Positions 29,876 through 39,759 of a stretch of DNA of 64,000 nt are shown in pieces. This DNA comes from Bifidobacterium breve (GTDB taxonomy: Bacteria > Actinomycetota > Actinomycetes > Nanopelagicales > Nanopelagicaceae). Position 1 is the stretch's first letter; each line of letters opens with the position of its first letter. The notes beneath the pieces were generated by a model that was not told the origin of the DNA, did not search any database, and worked only from the letters and a program-made list of their open reading frames with translations. The DNA is taken from positions 16,548 to 80,547 of the forward strand of contig CAMCPZ010000002.1 of the NCBI GenBank assembly GCA_945876865.1, in the 5' to 3' direction. The position numbers and the translations under genes are program-made.

Positions 29876-30544
29876 CTATCTTGCGCTTGATTTCAAGGCT
29901 AACGCTCGCAATGCATCAACCATCGACCCCGGATTATCTGACTTAAATACCGCACTTCCTGCTACAAAAGTATCTGCTCCAGATTCTGCAGCTTGAGCAA
30001 TGGTTTCGAGCGAAACTCCCCCGTCAACTTGGAGCCAGATTTTTCCAAAGAATCGAGTATCTATATCTTTTCTCGCTTGTTTCACCTTATCCATCATGTC
30101 GAGCATAAAACTCTGTCCGCCAAATCCTGGTTCAACTGTCATTATCAAAAGCATGTCTAGATGCTCCATCATCGAAGCGATCTCGTGAAATTGCGTTGCC
30201 GGCTTGAGGGCTAACCCAACTCTTGAGCCCGCTTCCCTTATGCGCAAGATTGTCTGAAGTGGGTTAGAACTCGCTTCATAATGAAAAGTTACACTTGCGG
30301 AGCCAGCTTTTGCATAAAGATATGCACGCTCATCAGGGTCAGCAATCATTAAATGGCTATCAACTGGGATAGGACATTCCTTAATTATTTTCTCACTCTG
30401 TTCGAAGGTGAAAGTGAAATTTGGAACAAATGCGTTGTCCATAACATCTAGATGTAAAAGATCAGATTGTCCCGAAATCCGAGCTATCTCATTCGGTAGA
30501 TTATCTCTATCGGCATTCAAGATGCTGGGGCAGATTCGAATCAA
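29876..30544 (-). CDS. rpe: Ribulose-phosphate 3-epimerase
   Basis: PSIL.AD, HLDVMD.FVPN, DSHLMI, MTVEPGFGGQ, VDGG. Confidence 0.96.
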   Translation of the reverse strand: MIRICPSILNADRDNLPNEIARISGQSDLLHLDVMDNAFVPNFTFTFEQSEKIIKECPIPVDSHLMIADPDERAYLYAKAGSASVTFHYEASSNPLQTILRIREAGSRVGLALKPATQFHEIASMMEHLDMLLIMTVEPGFGGQSFMLDMMDKVKQARKDIDTRFFGKIWLQVDGGVSLETIAQAAESGADTFVAGSAVFKSDNPGSMVDALRALALKSSAR

Positions 30545-30593
30545 ATTGCGCCCCTCTCGGTATTTGCTTTACGCAATCCTAATTCAACAGGTG

Positions 30594-31991
30594 TCAGGAC
30601 TTCTGAAGCAACGCCATAAACATTGAGTCTGAAGCATCAAGGTGGGTCCAGAGTTGAAGAGAACCATCGGGATTAACCCCAGTGCTTCCGGCAGGTGAGA
30701 ATTTTGCGATATCTAGAATTTTCAAATCTTTGTGTCGATATTTGGCATCCAGAACCTGACTCTTTGTTTCAGCCAACAAAGGTGAGCACGTAGCGAAACC
30801 GATGATGCCGCCAGGATGCAACATCTCATAAGCTGAATCGATTAAGTCTCGCTGGAGTGGAAGTAATTCTTTAAGATCATTGAGAGTTCTTCGCCATCTC
30901 GCCTCTGGTCTCCGGCGTAAAGCTCCAAGACCCGAGCAAGGAGCATCTATAAGAATGCGATCGAATTTTTCGCCAAAACTTTTTGAATCTCTCCCATCGA
31001 AAGAGCTTACTTTTCCTTTAGGGACAACTCTTGCAACTAAGTCAGCTCGGTGCGAGGTTGGTTCATTCGCCAGGAAAGAATCATTCGGTTTCTCTGCCAC
31101 TAACAAATTATGAAGAAGTGCGGCTTTACCACCTGGACCAGCGCAGAGATCCAACCATTTAGTAGCCTCGTCCCGCCTTGTCGCAAAGAAAATTTCAGCA
31201 ATTAGCTGGGAGCCCATATCTTGAATTCCGGCACGCTTATCTTTAATTGCTGGATAGTCATTTGGAAGTGCGTTCGATAAAACTGAAAAAGAGCCGATCG
31301 GAAGTTTTTCGCCACCAATATTTAAAATTTCTTCAACGCTAGATTTACCAGGCCAAGCAACTATATGTGGAGCCACGGGAATATTATTTATTCGCAATAG
31401 TTCTTCAACTGCAATCCAATCTTTGAGCTGATCGAAGTAGGCGTTGATTATCCAGATGGGGTGGGAGTGGAGAATAGATAATTTCTCGATAGCCGGGATC
31501 GCAGAATCATTCGCTAGCACCTCATACATATCTAGATCCGTTGAAATTGAACGCAGTAAGGCATTTACATAACTTGCCTTGGATTCCCCTGCAACAGCCC
31601 TTGCAACCTCGACCGTCTCTCCAACTGCGGCATGAATCGGAACCCGCATTTCAAAAATTTGGTGAACACCCATTCTTAAGAGATCGACAATCTTCTCATC
31701 GAGCTCGTCGATAGGTCGATCGGCCTTCTTTGAAATGGCAAAATCGTGTTTTCCTTGCATTCGTAGAGTTCCGTAAGCAAGTTCAGTAACAAAAGATCTA
31801 TCCCGTAAATCTAAATCTGAATCTGAAAGCAGCTCAGGCAATCTAAGATTTGCATATGCACCACTGCGATTAACTTGACTTATCAAGTCATAGGCTAACA
31901 ATCTTGCTTTGCCTGGTTTGGGTTTAGAGAAGGACTTATTATTCAAATTACTCAAATTTAGAACCTGAATCCAACCTTGCTCCTCTGGCAA
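30594..31991 (-). CDS. rsmB: 16S rRNA m5C967 methyltransferase RsmB/Sun (true start probably near 31955-31946)
   Basis: NusB-like N-domain, DLCAGPGGKA, DAPCSGLG, ATCS; follows fmt. Confidence 0.9.
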   Translation of the reverse strand: MPEEQGWIQVLNLSNLNNKSFSKPKPGKARLLAYDLISQVNRSGAYANLRLPELLSDSDLDLRDRSFVTELAYGTLRMQGKHDFAISKKADRPIDELDEKIVDLLRMGVHQIFEMRVPIHAAVGETVEVARAVAGESKASYVNALLRSISTDLDMYEVLANDSAIPAIEKLSILHSHPIWIINAYFDQLKDWIAVEELLRINNIPVAPHIVAWPGKSSVEEILNIGGEKLPIGSFSVLSNALPNDYPAIKDKRAGIQDMGSQLIAEIFFATRRDEATKWLDLCAGPGGKAALLHNLLVAEKPNDSFLANEPTSHRADLVARVVPKGKVSSFDGRDSKSFGEKFDRILIDAPCSGLGALRRRPEARWRRTLNDLKELLPLQRDLIDSAYEMLHPGGIIGFATCSPLLAETKSQVLDAKYRHKDLKILDIAKFSPAGSTGVNPDGSLQLWTHLDASDSMFMALLQKS

Positions 31992-32865
31992 AATCAGCTC
32001 CGGCCATGCGCTTCTTGCCCGATGGTGTCACTTCAGTTATTTTAACAACGCTATCCGAAGTTCTAACTAGAAGCTGATCACCGACTAGTTGGATATCGCC
32101 AGGTGATTTTAGATCGTTGGCGATAAGAACTTCCTTCAAACCGTGAAGTGATATCCGCTCGCCGTTAAACATGGACCAGATCCCAGGATTGTCAGAAAGT
32201 GCACGATCTTGGCGTAGGACTGTTTCTATCGGACTGTCCCAAACTATTCTCGCCATATCCTTTGAGATTTTTGGTGCCAGGGTTGCGCCCGATAGCGGTT
32301 GCGGTGTTGCTCTAGTCTTTCCAATTACCGAAATTAATTCCAGCAAGTCTGGAATCGCGAGTTCAGTAAGACGTTGTAGCAAGATTGGAGTTGTGTCTTC
32401 ATCAGAGATATTTACCTCTTTAGATAAATAGATGGGCCCAGTATCCATCCCCTTGTCCAACTTGAATATTGAAAACCCAGTGCTGGTTTCACCATTCAGA
32501 ATAGCCCACTGAACTGGGGCGGCTCCACGCAATTTAGGAAGCAATGAAAAATGCAAATTAATCCAACCAAATCTTGGGCCATGCAACAGTTCTACTGGAA
32601 TGATTCGCCCGTATGCACAGGTAATAATTAACTGGGGTTGAGATGCGAGTAGATGGCGATTTAACTCCGAGGTATCTGCAGGCTTTGCAACTTCGAGACC
32701 TTTCTCCATTGCCCATTTAGCTAAATCATTAGCCTCTATTTTTTTACCACGACCAGTAGGTTTATCTGGATTGGTAATTATCGATCCAAGGGTGTGATCA
32801 CTCACCAGAATAGCTTCGATTATTGGGATTGAGATTAATGAAGAAGATGCGATAGATAACTGCAT
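31948..32865 (-). CDS. fmt: Methionyl-tRNA formyltransferase
   Basis: PDKPTGRG, AYGRI, NLHFSLLP..RGAAP, MDTGP. Confidence 0.95.
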   Translation of the reverse strand: MQLSIASSSLISIPIIEAILVSDHTLGSIITNPDKPTGRGKKIEANDLAKWAMEKGLEVAKPADTSELNRHLLASQPQLIITCAYGRIIPVELLHGPRFGWINLHFSLLPKLRGAAPVQWAILNGETSTGFSIFKLDKGMDTGPIYLSKEVNISDEDTTPILLQRLTELAIPDLLELISVIGKTRATPQPLSGATLAPKISKDMARIVWDSPIETVLRQDRALSDNPGIWSMFNGERISLHGLKEVLIANDLKSPGDIQLVGDQLLVRTSDSVVKITEVTPSGKKRMAGADFARGARLDSGSKFE

Positions 32866-33426
32866 CTATAGCGCCCGACCATTTGTCGGATGTGGACTCA
32901 GTTTGAATATAGGAGCCACTTGCTCAGGAGTTCGTTCACCGAACCAATCTGAATTTCGGATGTCGGCCATTGCCAGTTTCCGCTCCTCCAAGAGCAACCG
33001 ATCGATAAAGACTATTCCATTGAGGTGATCGGTTTCGTGCTGTAAAACTCGCGCGAGGAGTTCAGTACCTTCAATAGTTACTGGTTCGCCATGCATATTG
33101 AAGCCCTTGGCTACTGCTCGGAAAGCGCGAGGTGTTTCATAGGTTAATCCCGGAAAGCTCAAGCAACCTTCTTCGCCATCTTGCAAATCTGCTGAGAGAT
33201 CAAGAGTTGGATTGATTAAATGGCCATCACTTTCTTCAATATTCCATACGAAGACTTGTAACGAAACCCCGATTTGTGGAGCGGCTAGACCTGCGCCCGG
33301 AGCATCGAGCATCGTTTCGGTTAAATCTTTTACTAGATTTCGCAATTCCTTATCGAATGTTGTGACCGGACTCGCAGGAGTGGTTAATACCGGATCACCA
33401 AACAATCTTATTTCTTGAATTGACAC
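32866..33426 (-). CDS. def: Peptide deformylase
   Basis: GAGLAAPQIG, EGCLS, QHETDHL. Confidence 0.97.
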   Translation of the reverse strand: MSIQEIRLFGDPVLTTPASPVTTFDKELRNLVKDLTETMLDAPGAGLAAPQIGVSLQVFVWNIEESDGHLINPTLDLSADLQDGEEGCLSFPGLTYETPRAFRAVAKGFNMHGEPVTIEGTELLARVLQHETDHLNGIVFIDRLLLEERKLAMADIRNSDWFGERTPEQVAPIFKLSPHPTNGRAL

Positions 33427-33459
33427 CTGAGAATTCTATTCTACGTTCAATCCAATTGC

Positions 33460-35331
33460 CTAAATTGAAAATGGGTCCATACGAAGTTGCAAGGGTGGAA
33501 GGCCCTTGATTCCTCGATAACGGGCTAAATCTCTGAAAAATTCCGAGAATTCTTGGGACCGAGCTATCTCACTTCGAATTATCAATTTTGATTTACCTTT
33601 ACTTTCTGCCGTTCCATCACCTTTCTCTTGCACAGCAAGCGCAGAAAAAAGATTATTGTCTTCCAAATTTCTAGCTATTTGTCTAATTGCTGATGTATCG
33701 CCTTGAAGTATTGCGATACGACAATAGGGTGGAAGATTCAAGCTCTCTCGCTCTTTCATTTCAATCAGAGAATTAGCGTAAGGATCATTTCTTAACAATC
33801 CTTGCGATAGCAAGTTATCACTACTGAGGTCTAAATACATGACTGAATCATTCTGATCCACCACCCGACCTCGGTTCTCGAATATCACTCTTCTGACGCT
33901 CTCTAAGCTACGAAGCTCAACGCGATTACTCAGATTTTCAAGAGAACGCAGGATAACGGTATTGAAATCACCTAGTGGCTCACATCCATAACTAGCCAGA
34001 ACTAAAACGTTCTCTTTTAATTCAGATATGTCGTCAACCCTAGAACCACCTTTACTTAATATCACGCGATATCCAGGAACAGCCTTCGCAATCTCATCAG
34101 CTATCCGCGAAGAGCCCTTAGAGATTGATCTAATCGTCTTGCCATCGCACCATGAACAAGCGAAATCTTTAGAGGTTTTCTCGCAGATTGCGCAGGTCAG
34201 GGGCGAACTCTTGCTCGGCAAAAACATTTTTCCGCCACATTCACAACGAGCCTGATTGCGACATTTCTGACAGGCAATTGAATTTATGTAACCTGTCTCG
34301 GCCATAACAACTAGAACATTTCCTTTTTTTAGTCCGGCTTTCATCAAAGCAATATCTGACACATTAGAGTTTGAAAAATGGATTGCCGCCTTAGGTTTTG
34401 ATGAATTCTTCTCAGATTTCTTCGTTTTCAGCCACCCTAGCTCGGCCAGTCTTATTACTTCCAAACTTGGGCTAGCACCTATGAAATGGAGGGAGAATTC
34501 ACCGCTGCGCAACATCGCTATGTCTCGAACATTCCAACTTGGGAATCGTCTCTCGTACATCGATTCATCACCGTCATTAAAGATCAAAATTGTTGAATTC
34601 GGCGCCAATGGCGTGAAGATTGAGCCCCGGTTCCCCACTATGAACTTTGATTGCAGAAACCTTGCTTTTAAATAATTCTTATACCGGTCTGATTTTGAGC
34701 TATCTGAAGTTAATAGAACTGGCTCGGTATCAAAATCAAAGGTTAGTAATTGTTTGATATCTCGCTCATCTGGGACAATTACAAGTAGCTGTTCATCTAA
34801 CCTTAGTTTTCCAAGAATCTGATTTATCGTTCTCGGAAGATCCTCAAATTTTTTAGTCACAGATACTTGGTGCTCTAGTTTCGGTTTGATGTCACTAATT
34901 TGTGGAATGGCTTGCCCTAGAAATTCAGACTCAACAGAAGCTGCTCGAGCGGGAATTGCACTTCTAATAACGTCCCAAGGCTTGCACGCGTAACGTTCAC
35001 AGGTGAGATTTACGATCTCTATCAGCTCTTCGGTCAGAAGTGGAATGGGTGAAATAACCTTGCTTAGAGTTTTAAGTGACTTCGAATCTAGAAGAGATGG
35101 TTCTCTAGATTGGACATAACCCAGAACTTCTTCCCTACCGAATGGAATCTTTACAAATACGCCAAGTAGAACTTGGTCAGAGAGAACTTCCGGGACTAGG
35201 TAATCATAAGTATCCGGTAGATGAAAAACTCCAGTATCCACACAAACCTGAACGACTGGATTCTCTGAGGCAACGGTTACTTTCTTTGGTGCCCGTTGCG
35301 CTTTTAAACGCAGTGGCTTTACCTGCGTCAC
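33460..35331 (-). CDS. priA: Primosomal protein N' (actinobacterial type, degenerate helicase)
   Basis: HLPDTYDY/VKIPFG 3'-binding domain, Cys-rich region, ERESLNLPPY, C-terminal RMDP; between metK and def. Confidence 0.85.
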   Translation of the reverse strand: MTQVKPLRLKAQRAPKKVTVASENPVVQVCVDTGVFHLPDTYDYLVPEVLSDQVLLGVFVKIPFGREEVLGYVQSREPSLLDSKSLKTLSKVISPIPLLTEELIEIVNLTCERYACKPWDVIRSAIPARAASVESEFLGQAIPQISDIKPKLEHQVSVTKKFEDLPRTINQILGKLRLDEQLLVIVPDERDIKQLLTFDFDTEPVLLTSDSSKSDRYKNYLKARFLQSKFIVGNRGSIFTPLAPNSTILIFNDGDESMYERRFPSWNVRDIAMLRSGEFSLHFIGASPSLEVIRLAELGWLKTKKSEKNSSKPKAAIHFSNSNVSDIALMKAGLKKGNVLVVMAETGYINSIACQKCRNQARCECGGKMFLPSKSSPLTCAICEKTSKDFACSWCDGKTIRSISKGSSRIADEIAKAVPGYRVILSKGGSRVDDISELKENVLVLASYGCEPLGDFNTVILRSLENLSNRVELRSLESVRRVIFENRGRVVDQNDSVMYLDLSSDNLLSQGLLRNDPYANSLIEMKERESLNLPPYCRIAILQGDTSAIRQIARNLEDNNLFSALAVQEKGDGTAESKGKSKLIIRSEIARSQEFSEFFRDLARYRGIKGLPPLQLRMDPFSI

Positions 35332-35337
35332 TTAAAT

Positions 35338-36531
35338 TTACCTGGTAGCTGCTTCTTTGAGTGCCGCCGCGCGATCGGTCTTCTCCCAAGTAAAGTTATC
35401 GAGTTCGCGACCAAAGTGACCATAAGAAGCTGTTGCTGAATAAATAGGGCGAAGTAAATCGAGGTCACGAATGATTGCGGCTGGTCGCAAATCGAATGTA
35501 GCCATTACTGCATCAACAATCTTATTTGAAGCAACTTTCTCGGTTCCGAAGGTCTCAATGAAAAGACCAACTGGTTGTGCTTTACCAATTGCATAAGCAA
35601 CCTGAACCTCACAACGAGAAGCGAGTCCGGCTGCAACAACATTCTTCGCAATCCAACGCATTGCGTAAGCGGCGCTGCGGTCAACTTTGGATGGATCTTT
35701 TCCGGAGAAAGCCCCGCCACCATGACGGGCCATTCCACCATAAGTATCAACGATAATTTTACGGCCAGTTAAACCAGCATCTCCCATAGGTCCACCGATA
35801 ACAAAACGACCGGTTGGGTTGATGAGGATACGAACATCCGAAGTATCTATCTTTAAGTCGCCAATAATCGGATCGATGACCAACTTCTTTAGATCTGGAG
35901 CCAATGTTTTTTCAAGATCGACAGTGGGTGCGTGTTGGGTGGAGATAACAATTGTGTTAAGTGCAACGGCGCGATCGCCGTCGTATTCAATTGTTACTTG
36001 GGTTTTTCCATCTGGGCGCAGATAATCAACTTTTCCAGCTTTACGAACCGCTGAAAGTTGAAGGGCGAGTTTGTGAGCTAATGAGATTGGAAGCGGCATA
36101 AGTTCTGGGGTGTCATCGCATGCATAACCGAACATCAAGCCTTGGTCTCCTGCGCCTTGTAGATCAAGTGGATCTGCCGATGAAGAGATTCGCTTTTCAA
36201 ACGCTGAATCTACGCCTTGAGCAATGTCGCTAGATTGTTGGCCGATTGACAGAGAAACTCCACATGAATTTCCATCGAAGCCTTTCTCTGAAGAGTCATA
36301 TCCAATGCTTAAAACAGTATCGCGCACAATCGTCATAACATCGGCGTAGCCATTAGTTGTTACTTCGCCCGCTACATGAACTTGACCTGTTGTAATTAAA
36401 GTTTCGACCGCTACTCGGCTCTTTGCATCTTGCGAAAGTAATGAATCAAGTATCGCATCAGAAATCTGGTCTGCCATCTTGTCTGGATGACCTTCGGTCA
36501 CGGATTCTGAAGTAAATAGGCGTTTTGTCAT
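35338..36531 (-). CDS. metK: S-adenosylmethionine synthetase
   Basis: [28 protein letters not shown]. Confidence 0.98.
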   Translation of the reverse strand: MTKRLFTSESVTEGHPDKMADQISDAILDSLLSQDAKSRVAVETLITTGQVHVAGEVTTNGYADVMTIVRDTVLSIGYDSSEKGFDGNSCGVSLSIGQQSSDIAQGVDSAFEKRISSSADPLDLQGAGDQGLMFGYACDDTPELMPLPISLAHKLALQLSAVRKAGKVDYLRPDGKTQVTIEYDGDRAVALNTIVISTQHAPTVDLEKTLAPDLKKLVIDPIIGDLKIDTSDVRILINPTGRFVIGGPMGDAGLTGRKIIVDTYGGMARHGGGAFSGKDPSKVDRSAAYAMRWIAKNVVAAGLASRCEVQVAYAIGKAQPVGLFIETFGTEKVASNKIVDAVMATFDLRPAAIIRDLDLLRPIYSATASYGHFGRELDNFTWEKTDRAAALKEAATR

Positions 36532-36535
36532 TGGG

Positions 36536-37735
36536 CTACCATAACTTATTTAGAGCTCGATCTAGTAAAAGATCGGCTAGCGTGTCCTTAGATTGATTCT
36601 TACATTCAATGCTTTCGCCATTGCTATCGATCAAAACTCCAGCCGTATCATCGGCCCCGAAGATTTCGCCATTGCTTACATTGTTTAGATAAATCAAATC
36701 GGAACCCTTGTGCTTCATCTTTGCCTTAGCAGCTTCGATTGATTCATTACTGAGCTGCATAGTTTCTGCAGCAAAAGCTATGAGAACTTGTTTGCCAATA
36801 CGCTTCTTCGATATATCTCCAAGAAGGTCTGGATTAGCCTCTAGTTCTATACTTTGATAGTTAGCTTTCTTTATCTTGTCTGAAGAAACGCTCTTAGGTC
36901 TTGCATCTGCAACTGCCGCTGCCATAATCAGGATTTCGCAAGCCGGGAACTCTCTGTCGAGAGCATCTGCCATCTGTGCAGTCGTCGAAACTTTGATTGT
37001 TCTGACACCAGGCAAATCATCAAGGCTCGAATTTGCTGCGATCAAAACAACATCCGCGCCTCGGTTCCTGGCAGCTTTTGCTACCGCGTAACCTTGCTTG
37101 CCCGTTGAATGGTTTGCGATGAATCTCACCGGATCAATTGCTTCTCTGGTTCCGCCAGCTGTTACCAGAATCTTTCTTCCAAGAAGGTCAGACTTTATCT
37201 TCGCAAACTCCGATACTTCAGCGATTATTCGTGATACTTCTGGATATCGGCCGACTCCAAAATCTTCACCAGTCATACGACCTTCATCTGGTTCGATCAC
37301 TAAAAGACCGCGCCTGCGAAGTGTTGCAACATTCTCTTGATTGGCGGCACTCAACCACATCTCAGAATGCATCGCTGGAACCAGAACTATCGGACAAGTC
37401 GCCGCGCTAATAACATTGGTAAGCAAATCATCTGCAAGGCCATTAGAAATCTTTGCAATCAAGTCGGCAGTTGCTGGAGCAACGACAATTAAATTTGCTT
37501 CGCGCGCCTTCTTTATATGAGGAACCTCATGCACGTTGTTCCAGAGATTTTCATCAACGCTGCGACCCGATAGCGCTTCCCAAGTCGCTGCACCCACGAA
37601 GTTTAAACTTGCCCGAGTTGGGATAACTGAAACCCCAAAACCTACGTCTTGCAACCTTCGCAACAGGTCAGCAGATTTATAAGCCGAAATTCCACCGCCC
37701 ACCCCAAGGATTATTTCCCTACCCAGGAGTGTCAT
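36536..37735 (-). CDS. coaBC: Bifunctional PPC decarboxylase / PPC synthetase
   Basis: [45 protein letters not shown]. Confidence 0.96.
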   Translation of the reverse strand: MTLLGREIILGVGGGISAYKSADLLRRLQDVGFGVSVIPTRASLNFVGAATWEALSGRSVDENLWNNVHEVPHIKKAREANLIVVAPATADLIAKISNGLADDLLTNVISAATCPIVLVPAMHSEMWLSAANQENVATLRRRGLLVIEPDEGRMTGEDFGVGRYPEVSRIIAEVSEFAKIKSDLLGRKILVTAGGTREAIDPVRFIANHSTGKQGYAVAKAARNRGADVVLIAANSSLDDLPGVRTIKVSTTAQMADALDREFPACEILIMAAAVADARPKSVSSDKIKKANYQSIELEANPDLLGDISKKRIGKQVLIAFAAETMQLSNESIEAAKAKMKHKGSDLIYLNNVSNGEIFGADDTAGVLIDSNGESIECKNQSKDTLADLLLDRALNKLW

Positions 37736-37761
37736 TTTTTAGACCTTAAAATTACGAAGAT

Positions 37762-38040
37762 TTATTCGGCAACGCTTGCTTCAGGAGCGACTGGCTCCAA
37801 ATTTTCAATAGTTAGAAGACCCTCGTTGATCTCGCGAAGAGCGATAGAAAGTGGCTTCTCGTGAACATAGGTTTCAACAAGTGGGCCAACATATTCAAGT
37901 AGACCTTCGCCAAGTTGTGAGTAGTACGCATTGATTTGGCGGGCACGCTTAGCCGCATATAGAACCAAGCTGTATTTTGAACCAGCTGCATCCAATAGTT
38001 GATCGATTGGTGGGTTTGTAATGCCATCCATTGTTGTCAT
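37762..38040 (-). CDS. rpoZ: RNA polymerase omega subunit
   Basis: [37 protein letters not shown]. Confidence 0.97.
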   Translation of the reverse strand: MTTMDGITNPPIDQLLDAAGSKYSLVLYAAKRARQINAYYSQLGEGLLEYVGPLVETYVHEKPLSIALREINEGLLTIENLEPVAPEASVAE

Positions 38041-38054
38041 GATGTGCCTTCCGT

Positions 38055-38097
38055 TAGTAATTCGAGAATCTAGTAATTCAAGAATCTAGTAAATCAA
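38055..38097 (+). repeat. 16-bp tandem repeat TAGTAATTC(G/A)AGAATC x2 plus a partial copy
   Basis: Copies at 38055-70 and 38071-86, partial copy at 38087-97. Confidence 0.85.
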
Positions 38098-38107
38098 ATT
38101 CAATTCG

Positions 38108-38137
38108 CTATATAGAGCTATATAGATCTATATAGAT
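38108..38137 (+). repeat. 10-bp tandem repeat CTATATAGA(G/T) x3 with palindromic core CTATATAG
   Basis: Copies at 38108, 38118 and 38128; degenerate CTATAT at 38143. Confidence 0.88.
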
Positions 38138-38167
38138 AAGGTCTATATTTGATAGAAACAGAGAAGG

Positions 38168-39058
38168 CTAATTAAGCCCTTTGCTTCTAGAAGAGGCCAA
38201 GGATAGCAGTGCGGCGGCCACTTCCTCGACTCGATGATTTACCAGGATCTCATCGAACTCCCCTGAACAGGCCATTTCTTCCTCAGCTAAAGCCAGCCGT
38301 GCAGCTCGACGTTCTGGCGAATCAGTCCCTCTGGATGTGAGCCTTTCTACCAACTCTTCCCAAGATGGCGGTGAAACAAAAACAAGAAGTGCATCCGGGT
38401 CGGCCTTTCGAATCTGTCTGGCCCCTGCAATTTCAATCTCTAAGAGAACGTGCTTACCAAGATTCAGCGCCTCTGCAACTGCTTCGCGTGGAGTTCCGTA
38501 ACGTGCTCCTGCAAACTCAGCCCATTCGAGAAGAGCATTCTGCGCAATTAATTGATCAAACTTCTCCTCAGTTACAAAGTGATAATCGCGTCCATCTTTC
38601 TCATTCTCACGTGGTTCGCGAGTCGTAACCGAAACACTTACCCAGATTGCAGGATGGTCGCGAAGATACGAAGTGATTGTGCTTTTTCCAACACCGCCAG
38701 GTCCTGACATAACAATTAGCGTTCCAGGGTTTACTGGCACCTTATTCAAAATCATCTCACTTCTTAACTTTTGCAATTGATGTGAACCTAGTCCACCTAT
38801 TCTACGCGTCTCAGAGATGCCAGCCTTTGCCATTAGAGTAAAAGTTCTCCTTGACCCGATACCAGGTGCCGCATCCAATAATTCGCGAACCCGCATTCGT
38901 TGTATCGACTCTCGACCATCATTGATGACATCGAATATTCCAATTTCACCTGACGCTAGAAGAGCTTTCACTTGGGCTCGCTCGCGCCGGGATTCAACAG
39001 CCTTCATTCCAGCTTCCGCTCGTGCTTGCGCACTTAGGATCGGCGGTTGCTTACTCAC
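38168..39058 (-). CDS. mihF-gmk: Fusion of actinobacterial integration host factor (mIHF/sIHF) and guanylate kinase
   Basis: aa 1-101 are mIHF-like (RRERAQVK, LLDAAPGIG H2TH, GISETRRIGGLGSHQ); aa ~110-296 are Gmk (SGPGGVGKST, SVSVTTREPR, LEWAEF..ARYGT, LEIEIAGA, PPSWEEL..RL..RGT); no stop codon between them. Confidence 0.93.
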   Translation of the reverse strand: MSKQPPILSAQARAEAGMKAVESRRERAQVKALLASGEIGIFDVINDGRESIQRMRVRELLDAAPGIGSRRTFTLMAKAGISETRRIGGLGSHQLQKLRSEMILNKVPVNPGTLIVMSGPGGVGKSTITSYLRDHPAIWVSVSVTTREPRENEKDGRDYHFVTEEKFDQLIAQNALLEWAEFAGARYGTPREAVAEALNLGKHVLLEIEIAGARQIRKADPDALLVFVSPPSWEELVERLTSRGTDSPERRAARLALAEEEMACSGEFDEILVNHRVEEVAAALLSLASSRSKGLN

Positions 39059-39061
39059 AAT

Positions 39062-39757
39062 CTAATTCAAACTATCCAGAATGGATGCAGCGGTCTCGCT
39101 CATGCTAGTCAAAGATATCTTCGCCTGATCTGTAATCGGCCTACCGATGACTAAGTAATTTGCTCCGGCTGTCACAGCCTCCTTTGGCGTCATAACTCTT
39201 TTTTGATCGCCGAGATCCGCTCCTGTCGGCCGAACGCCGGGTGTAATTATCTCTAACTTATCCCCGACAACAGCGCGGATTTCACTAGCCTCAAATGGCG
39301 AACAAACTATAGAACGTGCTCCATTTTCACTAGCCAACTTAGCCAATGATGCAGCAGAACTTTTCGAGTTCTTTGCATAGCCAATCTCTACTAAATCCGA
39401 ATCGGATAGGGATGTAAGAATCGTGACCGCCGTTATTGAAACATTAGGTGCGGCATCACTCGCGGCCCTGATCATCGCTGCGCCTCCACTTGCATGGATG
39501 GTCAAAAACTTTGGCGCCAGGTCTATCACGCTAGATACTGCCGCTGACACAGTATTTGGAATATCGTGAAGTTTTAAATCTAGAAAAATTTTGAAGTCTC
39601 CGGCATCGGCCAATCTTCGTAAGCCGTCGGCCCCAAATTTTAAATAGAACTCTAGACCGATCTTATAAATACCTATTGATTCATTAGTTGCTTCTATCCA
39701 ACTCTTAGCCGTCTCCAGCTCCTTAGTATCTAAGGCAAGTATTATTGGCGAATTCAC
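39062..39757 (-). CDS. pyrF: Orotidine-5'-phosphate decarboxylase
   Basis: ALD, KIGLE, DLKLHDIPNTV, TPGVRP, VIGRPI. Confidence 0.97.
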   Translation of the reverse strand: MNSPIILALDTKELETAKSWIEATNESIGIYKIGLEFYLKFGADGLRRLADAGDFKIFLDLKLHDIPNTVSAAVSSVIDLAPKFLTIHASGGAAMIRAASDAAPNVSITAVTILTSLSDSDLVEIGYAKNSKSSAASLAKLASENGARSIVCSPFEASEIRAVVGDKLEIITPGVRPTGADLGDQKRVMTPKEAVTAGANYLVIGRPITDQAKISLTSMSETAASILDSLN

Positions 39758-39759
39758 AA

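Noticed and set aside
23488-30560. 10-bp match CCCCTCTCGG between the tRNA-Leu 3' end and 30551-30560 as a possible attL/attR pair
   Set aside because: The match is short, the second copy is the rpe SD region, the interval holds core genes (ung, serB, hisG, hisE, rpe), and there is no integrase
38055-38137. Tandem repeats as a possible CRISPR array
   Set aside because: Units are 10-16 bp, contiguous with no spacers, and no cas genes are present
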